DNA of 51,295 bases from Acidimicrobiia bacterium. GTDB taxonomy: Bacteria; Actinomycetota; Acidimicrobiia; Spongiisociales; JAENVV01. Below, piece by piece: positions 17,924 through 27,676 of the stretch; the stretch's first letter is position 1, and each line of letters starts with the position of its first letter. The translations under genes were made by a program, and so were the position numbers. Under the pieces are notes generated by a model. It worked only from the letters and a program-made list of their open reading frames with translations, searched no databases and had not been told where the DNA came from. Location: contig JAOUMT010000001.1 in the NCBI GenBank assembly GCA_029881355.1, forward strand, positions 1 to 51,295. The letters are read 5' to 3'.

Positions 17924-18556
17924 TCAGGTTCCAGCCGAGGTCCACGCAAGTTTGGAGACCACCCGCACCACCCCGTCGAGGCGCCGGGTTAGTTCTTCGA
18001 GTAGGCGTGCGTCCGCCTCTTCGGGAAGTTCGCCTTCAAGCGTCACAACCCCTTCGCTGACCGTTACCTCAATAAGGTCTGGATCGAACATAAGCACGCG
18101 ACCCAGTACGTCTTCCCTGATCTCATCCTCGATCACGTCGTCTGGTCGAGCGAATGCACGGACGATGTCGGATCGGGAAATGATGCCGACAAGATGGCCG
18201 TCTGCGTCAACAACCGGAAGCCGCTTGACGTTCTTGTTCGCCATCGTTCGACCGGCAGCAGCGACCGTCGTGTCTGCCATCACCACCAAAGGATGGCGGG
18301 TCATGGCGTCGCCGACGGATTCCCCCGGCTCCGGGACCGTGTCGTCGATAAACATCTTCAGCAATCGGGGACGGGGTCCAGGATCTCGAATCAAGAAATC
18401 CGCCTCGGTGATGATCCCGACCACCACCGAATCGTCCTCGACGACCGGAAGGCCAGAGATGCGGTTGTCGACCATCAACCGAGCCGCTTCCTTAAGGGTG
18501 TGTTCTGGCGTGACCGTAATCACATCATCCGTCATGACATCCTGGACATGCATCAT
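17924..18556 (-). CDS. CBS-pair plus BON domain protein
   Basis: 210-aa ORF with two CBS repeats (VMTDDVITV..ISGLPVV; AMTRHPLVV..VKRLPVV) and a C-terminal BON-like segment (VTVSEGVVTLEGELP...VVRVVSKL). The start overlaps the USP stop (ATGA). Confidence 0.75.
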   Translation of the reverse strand: MMHVQDVMTDDVITVTPEHTLKEAARLMVDNRISGLPVVEDDSVVVGIITEADFLIRDPGPRPRLLKMFIDDTVPEPGESVGDAMTRHPLVVMADTTVAAAGRTMANKNVKRLPVVDADGHLVGIISRSDIVRAFARPDDVIEDEIREDVLGRVLMFDPDLIEVTVSEGVVTLEGELPEEADARLLEELTRRLDGVVRVVSKLAWTSAGT

Positions 18557-18984
18557 GTCTCCTTTACGACAAGCACATCACAATGTGCAAAGTGCAACAC
18601 TCGATGCGCAGTGCTACCTAGAAAGAACGCGGCGAGTTCGGACCGGCCTCGCGACCCGACAACGGCGAGGTCACATTCCCGCTCAGCTGCGAAATCGATC
18701 AAAACATCAGGTGGGTATCCCCGCACCGAATGCTCTTCGACTCGCACCCCCCGGCTCCGGATCTTCTCGACGACCGGAGCGATCACATTCCACACTTCGT
18801 CAATCTGCGCCTGCTCAATGGCGCCGATCTGGATGGGGGCAATGCCAACCGCTTGCAGCAGGTTCGGTGACATGTGCACCGCATATACCACATGCAGTTC
18901 CTCCTCCAGGGCGTGGGCGATTTGACCGGCCCGTTCGAGCGCAGCAACCGAATACGACTGCTCATCGACCCCGACGACAATCAT
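18553..18984 (-). CDS. Universal stress protein (UspA family)
   Basis: IVVGVD...DLAVVGSRGRS..LGSTAHRVLHFAHCDVLVV. ATG 18984 overlaps the response-regulator stop (ATGA); the track start at 18999 is less likely. Confidence 0.8.
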   Translation of the reverse strand: MIVVGVDEQSYSVAALERAGQIAHALEEELHVVYAVHMSPNLLQAVGIAPIQIGAIEQAQIDEVWNVIAPVVEKIRSRGVRVEEHSVRGYPPDVLIDFAAERECDLAVVGSRGRSELAAFFLGSTAHRVLHFAHCDVLVVKET

Positions 18985-19658
18985 TCCTGTCCTTCCCATG
19001 ACTCTGGGGGGAAGGCGGCTTCTTGTCTTGCGGCCAAGCGGGCGGCATAGGCGGCGGCTTCCGATCGACGGCTCATCTCCAACTTGGCGAGAAGATTCGA
19101 CACATAGTTTTTGACTGTTTTCTCAGCGAGATACATTTCTTCGGCGATCTGGCGATTGGTCAGCCCATCGGCGATATGAAACAGGATTTTCGACTCCTGG
19201 GGCGATAGTCGGGCCAGCAAAGGGTCTGATGGACTGTCACCGCGCAGCCGGGCGAAAAGCTTGTCGGTCATCTCGGCGTCGAGCAACGACTCGCCGGTGG
19301 CGACGCGCCGGATGTTCTCGATTAGCGCCGAGCCATCGATCCGCTTGAGTACGTACCCGGATGCTCCGGCCATGATGGCCGACATCAGTGCTTCCTCGTC
19401 GGCGTAGGACGTCAGCATGAGTACCCGGACATCGGGCCACCGCGAGCGGATCTCACGGCAAGCTTCGACACCCGACCCGTCGGGTAGCCGGAGGTCAAGG
19501 ATCACCACGTCGGGGCTGTGGTATCCCGTCCGGCGAATCGCCTCGGCAACGGTTCCCGCCTCCCCGACCACGTCAAAATCGTCCTGGGACTCCAGCAATG
19601 CGCGAATCCCTCTGCGCACCAGTTCGTGATCGTCAACAAGAAGCAGCTTTACCGACAT
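18981..19658 (-). CDS. NarL/LuxR-family response regulator (DevR/DosR-like)
   Basis: REC domain (LLLVDDHELVR...VVILDLRLPDGSG) plus a LuxR HTH (LSPQESKILFHIADGLTNRQIAEEMYLAEKTVKNYVSNLLAKL). Confidence 0.9.
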   Translation of the reverse strand: MSVKLLLVDDHELVRRGIRALLESQDDFDVVGEAGTVAEAIRRTGYHSPDVVILDLRLPDGSGVEACREIRSRWPDVRVLMLTSYADEEALMSAIMAGASGYVLKRIDGSALIENIRRVATGESLLDAEMTDKLFARLRGDSPSDPLLARLSPQESKILFHIADGLTNRQIAEEMYLAEKTVKNYVSNLLAKLEMSRRSEAAAYAARLAARQEAAFPPESWEGQE

Positions 19659-19770
19659 ATCGATAAATCTACAGACAGGTCAACCGGTATGCCCAAAGGG
19701 ATGGCCTCAATCATGTAGAGCACAAAGTCCCAAAGCTTCGATCGCGAGCCTTGACGATGGGGCAAGTAGT

Positions 19771-20886
19771 GTGTCAGGGATGCTCCAACGCCCCGACCAA
19801 ATCTCGGACCTGATTGAAGCCGCTGCCAGCGTCGTCGGTCAGTCCGACCTCCGTGCGGTCCTCTACGAGACCGTCGAAGCGGCCATGCACATGACCGGAG
19901 CCCAATACGGGGCTCTCGGCGTGATCGGGCAGCATCAATCCCTCGTCGAATTCCTCCATGTGGGCCTGGCCCCTGGACAAGCTCAGCTCATTGGGCCTTT
20001 ACCGACTGGCCGGGGAGTCTTGGGGACGCTTATCCGATCGAAAGAGACCATCCGGCTCGAACGACTACAAGACCACCCCGACTCGGCTGGATTCCCTGCC
20101 AACCATCCTCCGATGGGCAACTTCCTCGGGGTCCCGGTGCGTCTCGGCTCCCATGTGTACGGCAATCTGTACCTCACCGAAAAACCGGGCGGATTCACGG
20201 CGGCAGATCAAGATCTGATCGAGTCGCTCGCCGTCGTAGCTGGAGCCGCCGTGAGCACTGCTCGGCTCCAGGATCGACTGAGACGAACCGCGGTCGTCGA
20301 AGATCGTGAGCGAATCGCCCGCGACCTGCACGACGCAATAATCCAGGATCTATTCGCGGTCGGTTTGTCTCTGCAGGGGATGAGTCTGCGCGTCGAAGAT
20401 GTAGAGCTTCGAACGATGCTGACTGAGTCCGTCGAACGCCTCGACAACGCCATCTCTGAGCTGCGGCGCTTTATCTTCGGTTTACGACCGCCAGTTTGGT
20501 CAGGCCGCAACCTGCGGACAGAACTAGCCGAATTGATCGGTCAACTCTCGGACTCCTACGAGACGACGGTCGACCTGCAGGTGCCAGCCGACCTCCGGAC
20601 CATCGATGCGGGAACAGTCGAGACTGCTGTGCAGTTGGTCCGTGAAGCCGTGTCCAACGCATTACGCCATTCAGAGTGTCAAACCGTAACCGTGTCAATC
20701 GACACGGTCGATTCAGACCTGATGATGCTCGTCGCAGATGACGGTCGCGGCTTTGACCCTGCCACGATCAACCGGGGAATGGGCTTGGACAACATGACGC
20801 AACGGTCGACCGATGCCGGCGGTTCCGTGAATATCCGAAGTCAAATAGGCGCAGGAACTACGATTTCGATCCGGTTACCTGCCTGA
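19771..20886 (+). CDS. Cytoplasmic GAF-domain sensor histidine kinase (HisKA_3 type)
   Basis: 371-aa ORF with no TM segment, a GAF-like N-terminus (FLGVPV..VYGNLYLTEK), H-box ERIARDLHDAIIQDLF and HATPase_c (VADDGRGF, GMGLDNM, GAGTTISIRLP). Divergent from the RR operon. Confidence 0.85.
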   Translation: MSGMLQRPDQISDLIEAAASVVGQSDLRAVLYETVEAAMHMTGAQYGALGVIGQHQSLVEFLHVGLAPGQAQLIGPLPTGRGVLGTLIRSKETIRLERLQDHPDSAGFPANHPPMGNFLGVPVRLGSHVYGNLYLTEKPGGFTAADQDLIESLAVVAGAAVSTARLQDRLRRTAVVEDRERIARDLHDAIIQDLFAVGLSLQGMSLRVEDVELRTMLTESVERLDNAISELRRFIFGLRPPVWSGRNLRTELAELIGQLSDSYETTVDLQVPADLRTIDAGTVETAVQLVREAVSNALRHSECQTVTVSIDTVDSDLMMLVADDGRGFDPATINRGMGLDNMTQRSTDAGGSVNIRSQIGAGTTISIRLPA

Positions 20887-21322
20887 CATCGTCCAAACGC
20901 GGCGGTTGATCCAAACCGGCGACGATCCGATCCACGAACGACTTCACGCATGCTTCGGTGAGCCGATGAAACAGCGCCGGATCCGCCCCGGTAGGTAACC
21001 GATACGAACCCCGCAAGCTGATCTGACATCGATTCGGGCCGATCGGCGCTACGACAAGATCACCTTCCAGCGCAGCAAACAAGCCAGCAGGTCCGTCGGC
21101 AATCCACTCGATAACCATCGCCGTATGATTCGACTTTTGGATCGGCTCGGTTACGTTCAGCCTCACCGACGATGCCACGAGGTCTTGACCGACCAGTCGA
21201 CTCCGCAATGATTCAGCGTTCCGATAGGCTTCGGCTGCCCATGTAGCGAGATCGAGGTCAATGAGGCGGTCCCCAATGACTTCACAAGGCCGCCTTACAT
21301 TGGCGAAGTAGTAAACGAACAT
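20858..21322 (-). CDS. Hypothetical protein
   Basis: ATG 21322 (MFVYYFANV) has GGAGG 8 nt upstream; the longer track ORF (to 21502) lacks this support. I recognise no motif. The 3' end overlaps the convergent kinase gene by 29 nt. Confidence 0.45.
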   Translation of the reverse strand: MFVYYFANVRRPCEVIGDRLIDLDLATWAAEAYRNAESLRSRLVGQDLVASSVRLNVTEPIQKSNHTAMVIEWIADGPAGLFAALEGDLVVAPIGPNRCQISLRGSYRLPTGADPALFHRLTEACVKSFVDRIVAGLDQPPRLDDVRQVTGSKS

Positions 21323-21545
21323 CGCTACAACCTCCAACCGGCGCTTGCGACAGCGTCGATTCGAAACGTTTTCATGGTGACAACGTACGGCCTCGAGCCT
21401 CATGATTCCTAGGGCACTACGGCACACCACCATGGGCTGACCGGCCGCAAACCGCTTCCCTGAATGCGGATCATCAACCATCGGCTTACGGGACCGGGCC
21501 AAACGGCCCTGCTACGCCCCTCGGCACACCTGACAGACTGGCCCA

Positions 21546-21764
21546 ATGATTGATTGGAAAGAACGTGCTGCTTGCCGGGGTATGGACCCATCCGTCTTTT
21601 TCCCACCAACCGGAGATCGTAAGGCGCTCGCCAGAGCGCGCGCCATTTGTGAGGGGTGCCAGTCCCAGGCCGATTGTTTGGTCACCGGCCTCGACCAGAC
21701 AGACGGCATCTTTGCCGGGACGACGCCCCGGCAACGCAAGTCCCTCGCACTAGTCGGCTACTGA
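21546..21764 (+). CDS. whiB: WhiB-family (Wbl) Fe-S transcriptional regulator
   Basis: 72-aa ORF with four Cys in Wbl spacing (AACRG ... CEGCQSQADC) followed by the GIFAGTTPRQR turn / basic tail. Confidence 0.9.
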   Translation: MIDWKERAACRGMDPSVFFPPTGDRKALARARAICEGCQSQADCLVTGLDQTDGIFAGTTPRQRKSLALVGY

Positions 21765-24458
21765 AGGCAGATCGGCCAGTTCCGGGGACCAACCCTGCCG
21801 GATTGGCTTGATGCGCACCCGACCATCAACCACCACAACACCCTGACCCGGCTCTCGTACGATCACCGGATTCAGGTCCATCTCGGCCAATTCCGGCACC
21901 GCCTCGATGAGCGCCGAAACCCGCAGGAGGGCTTGCTCCACGGCCGGGACGTCACCAGCCGGGTGGCCACGATAGCCGTCGAGCAGTTTGGCAGATTTGA
22001 TCCCCGTGACCATCTGCGTCGCCTCGCGATCGGTGATCGGAGCCACACGAAACACCACATCCTTGAGCAGTTCAACAAAAACGCCACCCATCCCGAAGAC
22101 AAGCAGCGGGCCAAACGATGGGTCCTCCGACATGCCGATGAGCACTTCAATGCCCTCAGGGACCATTTCCTGGATCAGGACCCCTTCGGCGTCGCCGACC
22201 AGCTTCATCATGCGGTCATACTCCTTGCCAACTGACCCAGATCCCGTCACGTTGAGAGCGACTCCCCCGATGTCGGATTTGTGCAGTGCACTCGGAGCGA
22301 CCAGCTTCATGGCGACGGGACCGCCGATGTCGCCGGCGGCCGCCACCGCGGCTTTCCGGGATATGACCACGGCCGATTGCGGCGTCTGAATACCGAACGC
22401 GCCCAGCAGACCTCGGACTTCATCGTCGCTGAGCCAGCCGCCGTCGGGACCCAACCGAGCCAGCGCCTCAGCTACGAGTTGTTTGGCCGCGTCGGGATCG
22501 ACATCGGCAAACACCGGAACTTCGCCGTAAGGCGTCCGACGCCACTCGGCATAGGACGCGGCCCTGGCCAGCGCTTTGGCTGCCGCCTCAGGAAACTCGT
22601 AGGCAGGAATCGTCATCGCCTCATTGCGCATCGAGGCCCGGCCTGAACCGGACTCCATAAGGACCGCAAGCTGAGTCTTACCGGAGGTGATTGCTGCCTC
22701 GAGGACCGGGAGACCCACGTCGGGACCATTCTCGATCGTCTGAATATGGATCGTGATGATCGCGTCAATTTCGTCGGACGCACCAAGGACCTCGGCCACG
22801 TGCCCATACTGAGAAGGCCCAGCCGAAGCGATGAGATCGACAGGGTTGGTGACCGATGCCTCGGCCGGCAGTCCCACGCGCAGCTCGGCCTGAAGGGCCT
22901 CACTGAACACCGGCAACTCAAGCCCGGCGGCCTCGAGCGCGTCAGCTGCCAGAATGCCAGGACCTCCGGCGTTGGTCACCACCCCAACCCGGCGACCGTC
23001 GGGCAGCGGCTGGTTGGCGAGAAGCGACGCAACGGCGAAGAGTTCTTCAATGGTATCGGTCCGGATCATGCCCGTCTGGGCGCTCAACGCGTCGACGGCA
23101 ACGTCGGCGCTGGCCAGGGCGCCAGTATGGGAGCTGGCCGCACGGGATCCGGCTTTCGACCTTCCGGATTTCACAGCCACGATGGGCTTTTTTCTCCCGA
23201 TTCGACGTGCTATTCGTCCAAATTTGCGCGGGTTGCCGAACGATTCCAGATACATCACGATGACGTCAGTGGCGGGATCTTCCTCCCAGCTGAGGATCAG
23301 ATCGTTACCGGAAACATCCGGTTTGTTTCCAATCGACACGAACTGCGAGATACCAATGTCGTGACGGCTCGCGTAGTCAAGGATGGCGATCCCCAAAGCC
23401 CCTGACTGGGACAACATCGCCACGTTGCCCCTTGGCGGGTACACCGGCGCGAACGTAGCGTTGAGATTCACGGCCGGGTCGGTGTTTACCAGCCCCATGC
23501 AATTTGGTCCGATCATCCGCATCCCGGCCGATCGAACCAACTGGACGAGCTCCTGCTCCAGGGCCGCCCCTTCCTCGCCGACTTCTGAGAAGCCGGCGGA
23601 AATCACCACGAGGCCGCGCACACCTTTGGCCGCACATTCCCGAACAACGTCGAGTACCGCGAAGGAAGGTACTGCGATGATGGCGAGGTCGACGCTGCCC
23701 GGAATATCAGTGACCGACGGATACGCCCGCACGGATCCAACCACTTCGGTTTGCGGGTTGACGGGGTACACGACCCCGGAGAATCCACCTTGCAACAGGT
23801 TGGCGAACAATCGCCCGCCGATCGATCCGACGGTTCGCGAAGCCCCGACTACCGCTATCGAACGCGGATAGAACATGGGCAGGATCGAAGCCGCGATGGC
23901 CCGTTGTTCGCGACGAGCATCAGCGGCTTTGGCGTCTTCGGAGGCACCGACCGGGAACTCTACGTTGTAGACACCTTCGTCCAGGCTCCTCGTCAGTGTG
24001 TACCCCGAGTTGCGGAACACCCGCATCATTGAGAGGTTGTCAGGAAGAACATACGCCTGGAACGATTTCACACCGTGCGACCGGGCATAGGTCGTAAGGA
24101 TCTGGAGTAACTGTGTGCCGATGCCTCTCGACTGTTGGTCGTCAGCCACCACAAAGGCCACCTCGGCCCTGGTCGGGTCATCACCGTCGCGGTCATAGCG
24201 GCCGACGCCCACCATCTCGTCCTCGTGGAAAACCACAACCGCCATGCGCGATTCGTAGTCCACCGTCGTGAAAAACTCGACCTCGGCGTCGGTCAAACGC
24301 TCTTTGGCTCGAAAGAACCGGTAATAGCGCGATTGTGTCCCGAGTCGCTCGAATAGCTTGACGAGCGATCCGGCATCAGTTGGCTTGATCGGTCGGAATC
24401 GACCGACCACGCCGTCGCGCAGCACAACATCTAGTTCGTATTCGGCTGGATATTCCAT
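21750..24458 (-). CDS. pat: Protein acetyltransferase Pat-type: N-terminal GNAT fused to an NDP-forming acyl-CoA synthetase-like region
   Basis: GNAT core (VADDQQSRGIGTQLL) is followed by CoA-binding and ATP-grasp parts (PRSIAVVGASR, GPNCMGL, SQSGALG, KSGRS...SHTGALA). ATG 24458 overlaps the polX stop (ATGA); the track extension to 24560 lies inside polX. Confidence 0.85.
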   Translation of the reverse strand: MEYPAEYELDVVLRDGVVGRFRPIKPTDAGSLVKLFERLGTQSRYYRFFRAKERLTDAEVEFFTTVDYESRMAVVVFHEDEMVGVGRYDRDGDDPTRAEVAFVVADDQQSRGIGTQLLQILTTYARSHGVKSFQAYVLPDNLSMMRVFRNSGYTLTRSLDEGVYNVEFPVGASEDAKAADARREQRAIAASILPMFYPRSIAVVGASRTVGSIGGRLFANLLQGGFSGVVYPVNPQTEVVGSVRAYPSVTDIPGSVDLAIIAVPSFAVLDVVRECAAKGVRGLVVISAGFSEVGEEGAALEQELVQLVRSAGMRMIGPNCMGLVNTDPAVNLNATFAPVYPPRGNVAMLSQSGALGIAILDYASRHDIGISQFVSIGNKPDVSGNDLILSWEEDPATDVIVMYLESFGNPRKFGRIARRIGRKKPIVAVKSGRSKAGSRAASSHTGALASADVAVDALSAQTGMIRTDTIEELFAVASLLANQPLPDGRRVGVVTNAGGPGILAADALEAAGLELPVFSEALQAELRVGLPAEASVTNPVDLIASAGPSQYGHVAEVLGASDEIDAIITIHIQTIENGPDVGLPVLEAAITSGKTQLAVLMESGSGRASMRNEAMTIPAYEFPEAAAKALARAASYAEWRRTPYGEVPVFADVDPDAAKQLVAEALARLGPDGGWLSDDEVRGLLGAFGIQTPQSAVVISRKAAVAAAGDIGGPVAMKLVAPSALHKSDIGGVALNVTGSGSVGKEYDRMMKLVGDAEGVLIQEMVPEGIEVLIGMSEDPSFGPLLVFGMGGVFVELLKDVVFRVAPITDREATQMVTGIKSAKLLDGYRGHPAGDVPAVEQALLRVSALIEAVPELAEMDLNPVIVREPGQGVVVVDGRVRIKPIRQGWSPELADLPSVAD

Positions 24459-26185
24459 CAGTCTTCCTTTGAGCAAAATTTGAGAAATCGGTCGAGCGAC
24501 CACGTGTTGACGCATTGTTCTGGAGCGAGCCAGCCCCGCTGGGCTTGCTGCACACCCCACCTCATGTAGTCAAGTTCACGCACCCGGTGGGCGTCCGTAT
24601 CGATCATGAACCGCACGTTCCGTCCGCGAGCTTTTCTGATGACGTCACTGGTGGCATCAAGTCTTTCCAGATGGGAGTTGATCTCAAGTGCAACGCCGGT
24701 CGTCTCGGCTCCCTCGAGGACGGCATCAACGTCAAACTCGATTCCTGGCCGGCGCCCGATCATCCTTCCTGACAAATGTCCGATCGTCCGCACCGCCCGA
24801 TTACCCATGGCAGTCAGCAACCGAAGCGTCTGACGTTCGGCTGGCAAATCAAAATGGGAGTGCACCGAGGCAACCGTGTAGTCGAAGCCCGCCAGGAAGT
24901 CTGCGTCGTAATCGACATGGCCATCGGGGTCGATATTGAGCTCGGTTCCATGGAGGAGGTGAATTGAGGGAAACCGGTCGGCGAGTTCACGCAGCTGCCC
25001 GCGCTGATCGACCATCTGCTCGCGGCTTGCCCCATTGATCGTGAGATCCTCGGCGTGGTCGGTTATCGCCATGTACGCGTAGCCGCGATCCACGCAACCT
25101 TGAATCATCTGAATCAACGAGTCTTCTCCATCGCCCGAGAGGTCCGAATGTACATGGAGATCTCCCCGGATCATGTCGAGGCTCACCACTGAGCCGACCG
25201 CCTCGGCGGGGGCTTCGATCTCTCCGGTATCTTCACGGAGCCGGGGCGAAACGTACGGGAGGTCGAGAGCCGCATAAATCTGGCTTTCTGTTTCTGCGGC
25301 TACCACGGCACCGGTTTCTGCGTCCGCCAATGCATACTCGTTCAAGGTCCACCCTTTGGTGAGCGCTCGTTGACGCAGGGCGATGTTATGAGCTTTGGAG
25401 CCGGTGAAATACATGATGGCCGCTCCGAACGACTCCGGCGCAATTACTCGGACATCGATCTGCAGGCCGGCGTGGGTGAGAAAAGCGACCTTGGTATCTC
25501 CATCGGCGATGATCTCCCCGACGACGGGCAAGTCACGAACCCGTTTGGCGACCGGCCCCGGCGTCGCGGTGGCGACCAGAATGTCAACGTCGGCGACCGT
25601 GTCCCGCAGCCGGCGAAGGCTCCCACAGATCTTGACCCCGACGACCCCATCGACGCCGGCCAGCTCGGCGGCTACCCGTTCGGCCACCGGCATTGCTTCG
25701 GCGATCGGCGTGCGCCGATCCTTGCCGAACATGCCGAGGCGACCGATCGCTTTGGCTAGTTTCTCTTCGGTTTTGGCTCCTAGGCCGGCGACATCACGCA
25801 GTTTCTCCCCGGCGATCGCCTCGGTCAGCTTCTCGACGGAGTCGACGCCCAATTCGTCACGCAACTTGGCCGCAGTTTTGGCCCCGAGTCCGGGAATCTT
25901 GACCATCTCCCGGTAATCGGTCGGGAAAGCGAGCCGAAGCCGATCGAGTTTTTCGATGCCACCCCGGTCGACGAACTCGGCGATCTTGTCAGCGGTTGAC
26001 TTGCCGATCCCCTTCAAGCCAACGAGCTCTGTTTTCGTCATCGTCGTGACGTCGGGCTGAAGCTCGCGCAAGGAACGAGAAGCAGACTCATAGGCTCTGG
26101 CGCGAAACGACTGAGGGTTTTGATCCTCAAGTTTGGTGAGCTCGGCGAGTTCGTCGAACAAGTCAGCAAGAGTGGCGTTGATCAC
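24458..26185 (-). CDS. polX: DNA polymerase X family protein with C-terminal PHP domain
   Basis: 575-aa ORF with HhH repeats (GIGKSTADKI, GLGAKTAAKL), the Pol-beta nucleotidyltransferase motif GSLRRLRDTVADVDILV and a PHP domain (GDLHVHSDLSGDG, ITDHAE, DTDAH). Confidence 0.9.
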   Translation of the reverse strand: MINATLADLFDELAELTKLEDQNPQSFRARAYESASRSLRELQPDVTTMTKTELVGLKGIGKSTADKIAEFVDRGGIEKLDRLRLAFPTDYREMVKIPGLGAKTAAKLRDELGVDSVEKLTEAIAGEKLRDVAGLGAKTEEKLAKAIGRLGMFGKDRRTPIAEAMPVAERVAAELAGVDGVVGVKICGSLRRLRDTVADVDILVATATPGPVAKRVRDLPVVGEIIADGDTKVAFLTHAGLQIDVRVIAPESFGAAIMYFTGSKAHNIALRQRALTKGWTLNEYALADAETGAVVAAETESQIYAALDLPYVSPRLREDTGEIEAPAEAVGSVVSLDMIRGDLHVHSDLSGDGEDSLIQMIQGCVDRGYAYMAITDHAEDLTINGASREQMVDQRGQLRELADRFPSIHLLHGTELNIDPDGHVDYDADFLAGFDYTVASVHSHFDLPAERQTLRLLTAMGNRAVRTIGHLSGRMIGRRPGIEFDVDAVLEGAETTGVALEINSHLERLDATSDVIRKARGRNVRFMIDTDAHRVRELDYMRWGVQQAQRGWLAPEQCVNTWSLDRFLKFCSKED

Positions 26186-26215
26186 AAAAGCAGCCTAGGT
26201 CAAGCCACGACCCGC

Positions 26216-27676
26216 TCAGTCCAGCTGAAGTGGCCGATTGGCTCCGTAGTTCGACAGATAACTCTTCAATCTGAGCTTACGAAGCGTCGACTGCGAGGTC
26301 ATATAGCGAACCTTGCCGAAAATGTCCCGTTCCGGCCCCCAAGCACGGTCAAACCGGCCAAGCACCCAGTGAATTCCCGAAACCGAGTTGGGATCGCGAC
26401 CGTCGAGGGCGTATCGATTGTTGAGTTCGAACATGACATCGTGGGCTACCACAGGATGTTCGGTCCACTCCAAGATCTTCTTTCCCCACAGCATGCGAAG
26501 ATAATTGTGAATCGTCCCGGTCTCGACCAGTTGCCGTTGGGCAGCGTTCCACACCTCGTCGTGGGTACCAGCGCTGGCGAACTCGTCGAGGGAATAGAGG
26601 TGGTCACGCGGATCGGTGGCGTGTTCTTGAAGAGTTCGCCTGGCCCATTCAGGCAACGCGTCGTACTGGTCGTAGGCGCTGTCGCGGTAGGCAGCCCGAT
26701 ATCCGATGTCGCGCCACGTAACGACCTGATCGAGAAAGCCTTCGGCTTGCTCGGACAAGCCCCACCATCCAACCCGTCCGCCCCGCGAAGATGGACTCAG
26801 TTCCGTCGGGGACCAGTCCTCCGACCGGGTGACCGCGAGAAACACGTCATGAACCGATATTTGGCCAAAATGCAGGAATGGCGACAGTCCCGACTCGGCT
26901 TGCGCGTCTGGTTGGTTCCGTTCGTCGTACCGAAGCAAACCCGAAGTGACAAACTCGGCGAGTCGAGTTTGAGCCGCACGCTCGCCTCCGATGAGCGCGG
27001 TAGCGCCAACGCCGTGGTCGATCGGCAGATCGGCGACGACGTCTCGACGCACTGGAGCGCTCGGAAAGCCAGCCATCACCGACGCGACGCCTGCGGGCAT
27101 CGTTTCGGTAAGATCGGCCAGGGGGTCAGCATCTGGCAGGTCATCAAGATGGTCAGGGAGCACCTGTTGATTGAACCGACGAAGGTCGACAGCTCGCCGG
27201 AATTCTCGGTCGGTGGCCGCCATCGGGACGAGACCATTGTGGTCCACCACTTCGAACCGGCATTGCGTTTGTCCTACGGCAGCCTGACGAGCCGCAGGAA
27301 GAAAGAAGATAGGAGCGTCGTCACCGACCATCACGGCGGCATCGCGTGTCAGTCGCTTCAGCAGGCCCTTTGAAGCCGCCGGTTCCGGCTCGACGTAAGC
27401 AACACACGCCACCCGGCCGGCGCAGCCAGCAACCACATCGGCAATTCCGTCGATCGCGAACGCGTGGATGCGATCGTTCGCCCACGGATAGTCGCTGCGC
27501 AACGCCACAAACACGACGAGCGGCAACTTGAGGTGGCGGGACCAGTCCGCTGCTCGTTGCAGAGCAAAGTTCGACCGCAGGCGTCGGTAGCCAGTCATCC
27601 AATAAAGGACGTAGTCGCCGGTGGGCGGCCGATCAACCAGCGTCGAGATCCGCTCCTCAGGAACTGTGGACTTCAA
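26216..27676 (-). CDS. phr: Class II-type CPD photolyase
   Basis: 486-aa ORF with YVLYWM..R...NFAL at the N-terminus and a C-terminus very like class II enzymes (LRMLWGKKILEWT, NNRYALDGRDPNS, GKVRYM). Confidence 0.8.
   Translation of the reverse strand: MKSTVPEERISTLVDRPPTGDYVLYWMTGYRRLRSNFALQRAADWSRHLKLPLVVFVALRSDYPWANDRIHAFAIDGIADVVAGCAGRVACVAYVEPEPAASKGLLKRLTRDAAVMVGDDAPIFFLPAARQAAVGQTQCRFEVVDHNGLVPMAATDREFRRAVDLRRFNQQVLPDHLDDLPDADPLADLTETMPAGVASVMAGFPSAPVRRDVVADLPIDHGVGATALIGGERAAQTRLAEFVTSGLLRYDERNQPDAQAESGLSPFLHFGQISVHDVFLAVTRSEDWSPTELSPSSRGGRVGWWGLSEQAEGFLDQVVTWRDIGYRAAYRDSAYDQYDALPEWARRTLQEHATDPRDHLYSLDEFASAGTHDEVWNAAQRQLVETGTIHNYLRMLWGKKILEWTEHPVVAHDVMFELNNRYALDGRDPNSVSGIHWVLGRFDRAWGPERDIFGKVRYMTSQSTLRKLRLKSYLSNYGANRPLQLD

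Noticed and set aside
17952-19001. 349-aa ORF on the + strand
   Set aside because: It is antisense to the CBS-BON and USP genes. The translation is Ser/Thr/Arg/Pro low-complexity sequence, so it is a shadow ORF.
21323-21545. Riboswitch or leader RNA in the ~220-nt region upstream of whiB
   Set aside because: I recognise no known riboswitch consensus and no obvious conserved helices. Long 5' regions are usual for wbl genes with multiple promoters. There is nothing specific to support a call.
26120-27373. 417-aa ORF on the + strand
   Set aside because: It is entirely antisense to the well-supported class II photolyase gene. It has no recognisable motifs and shows the Arg/Ser/Pro-rich composition of a shadow ORF in high-GC DNA.
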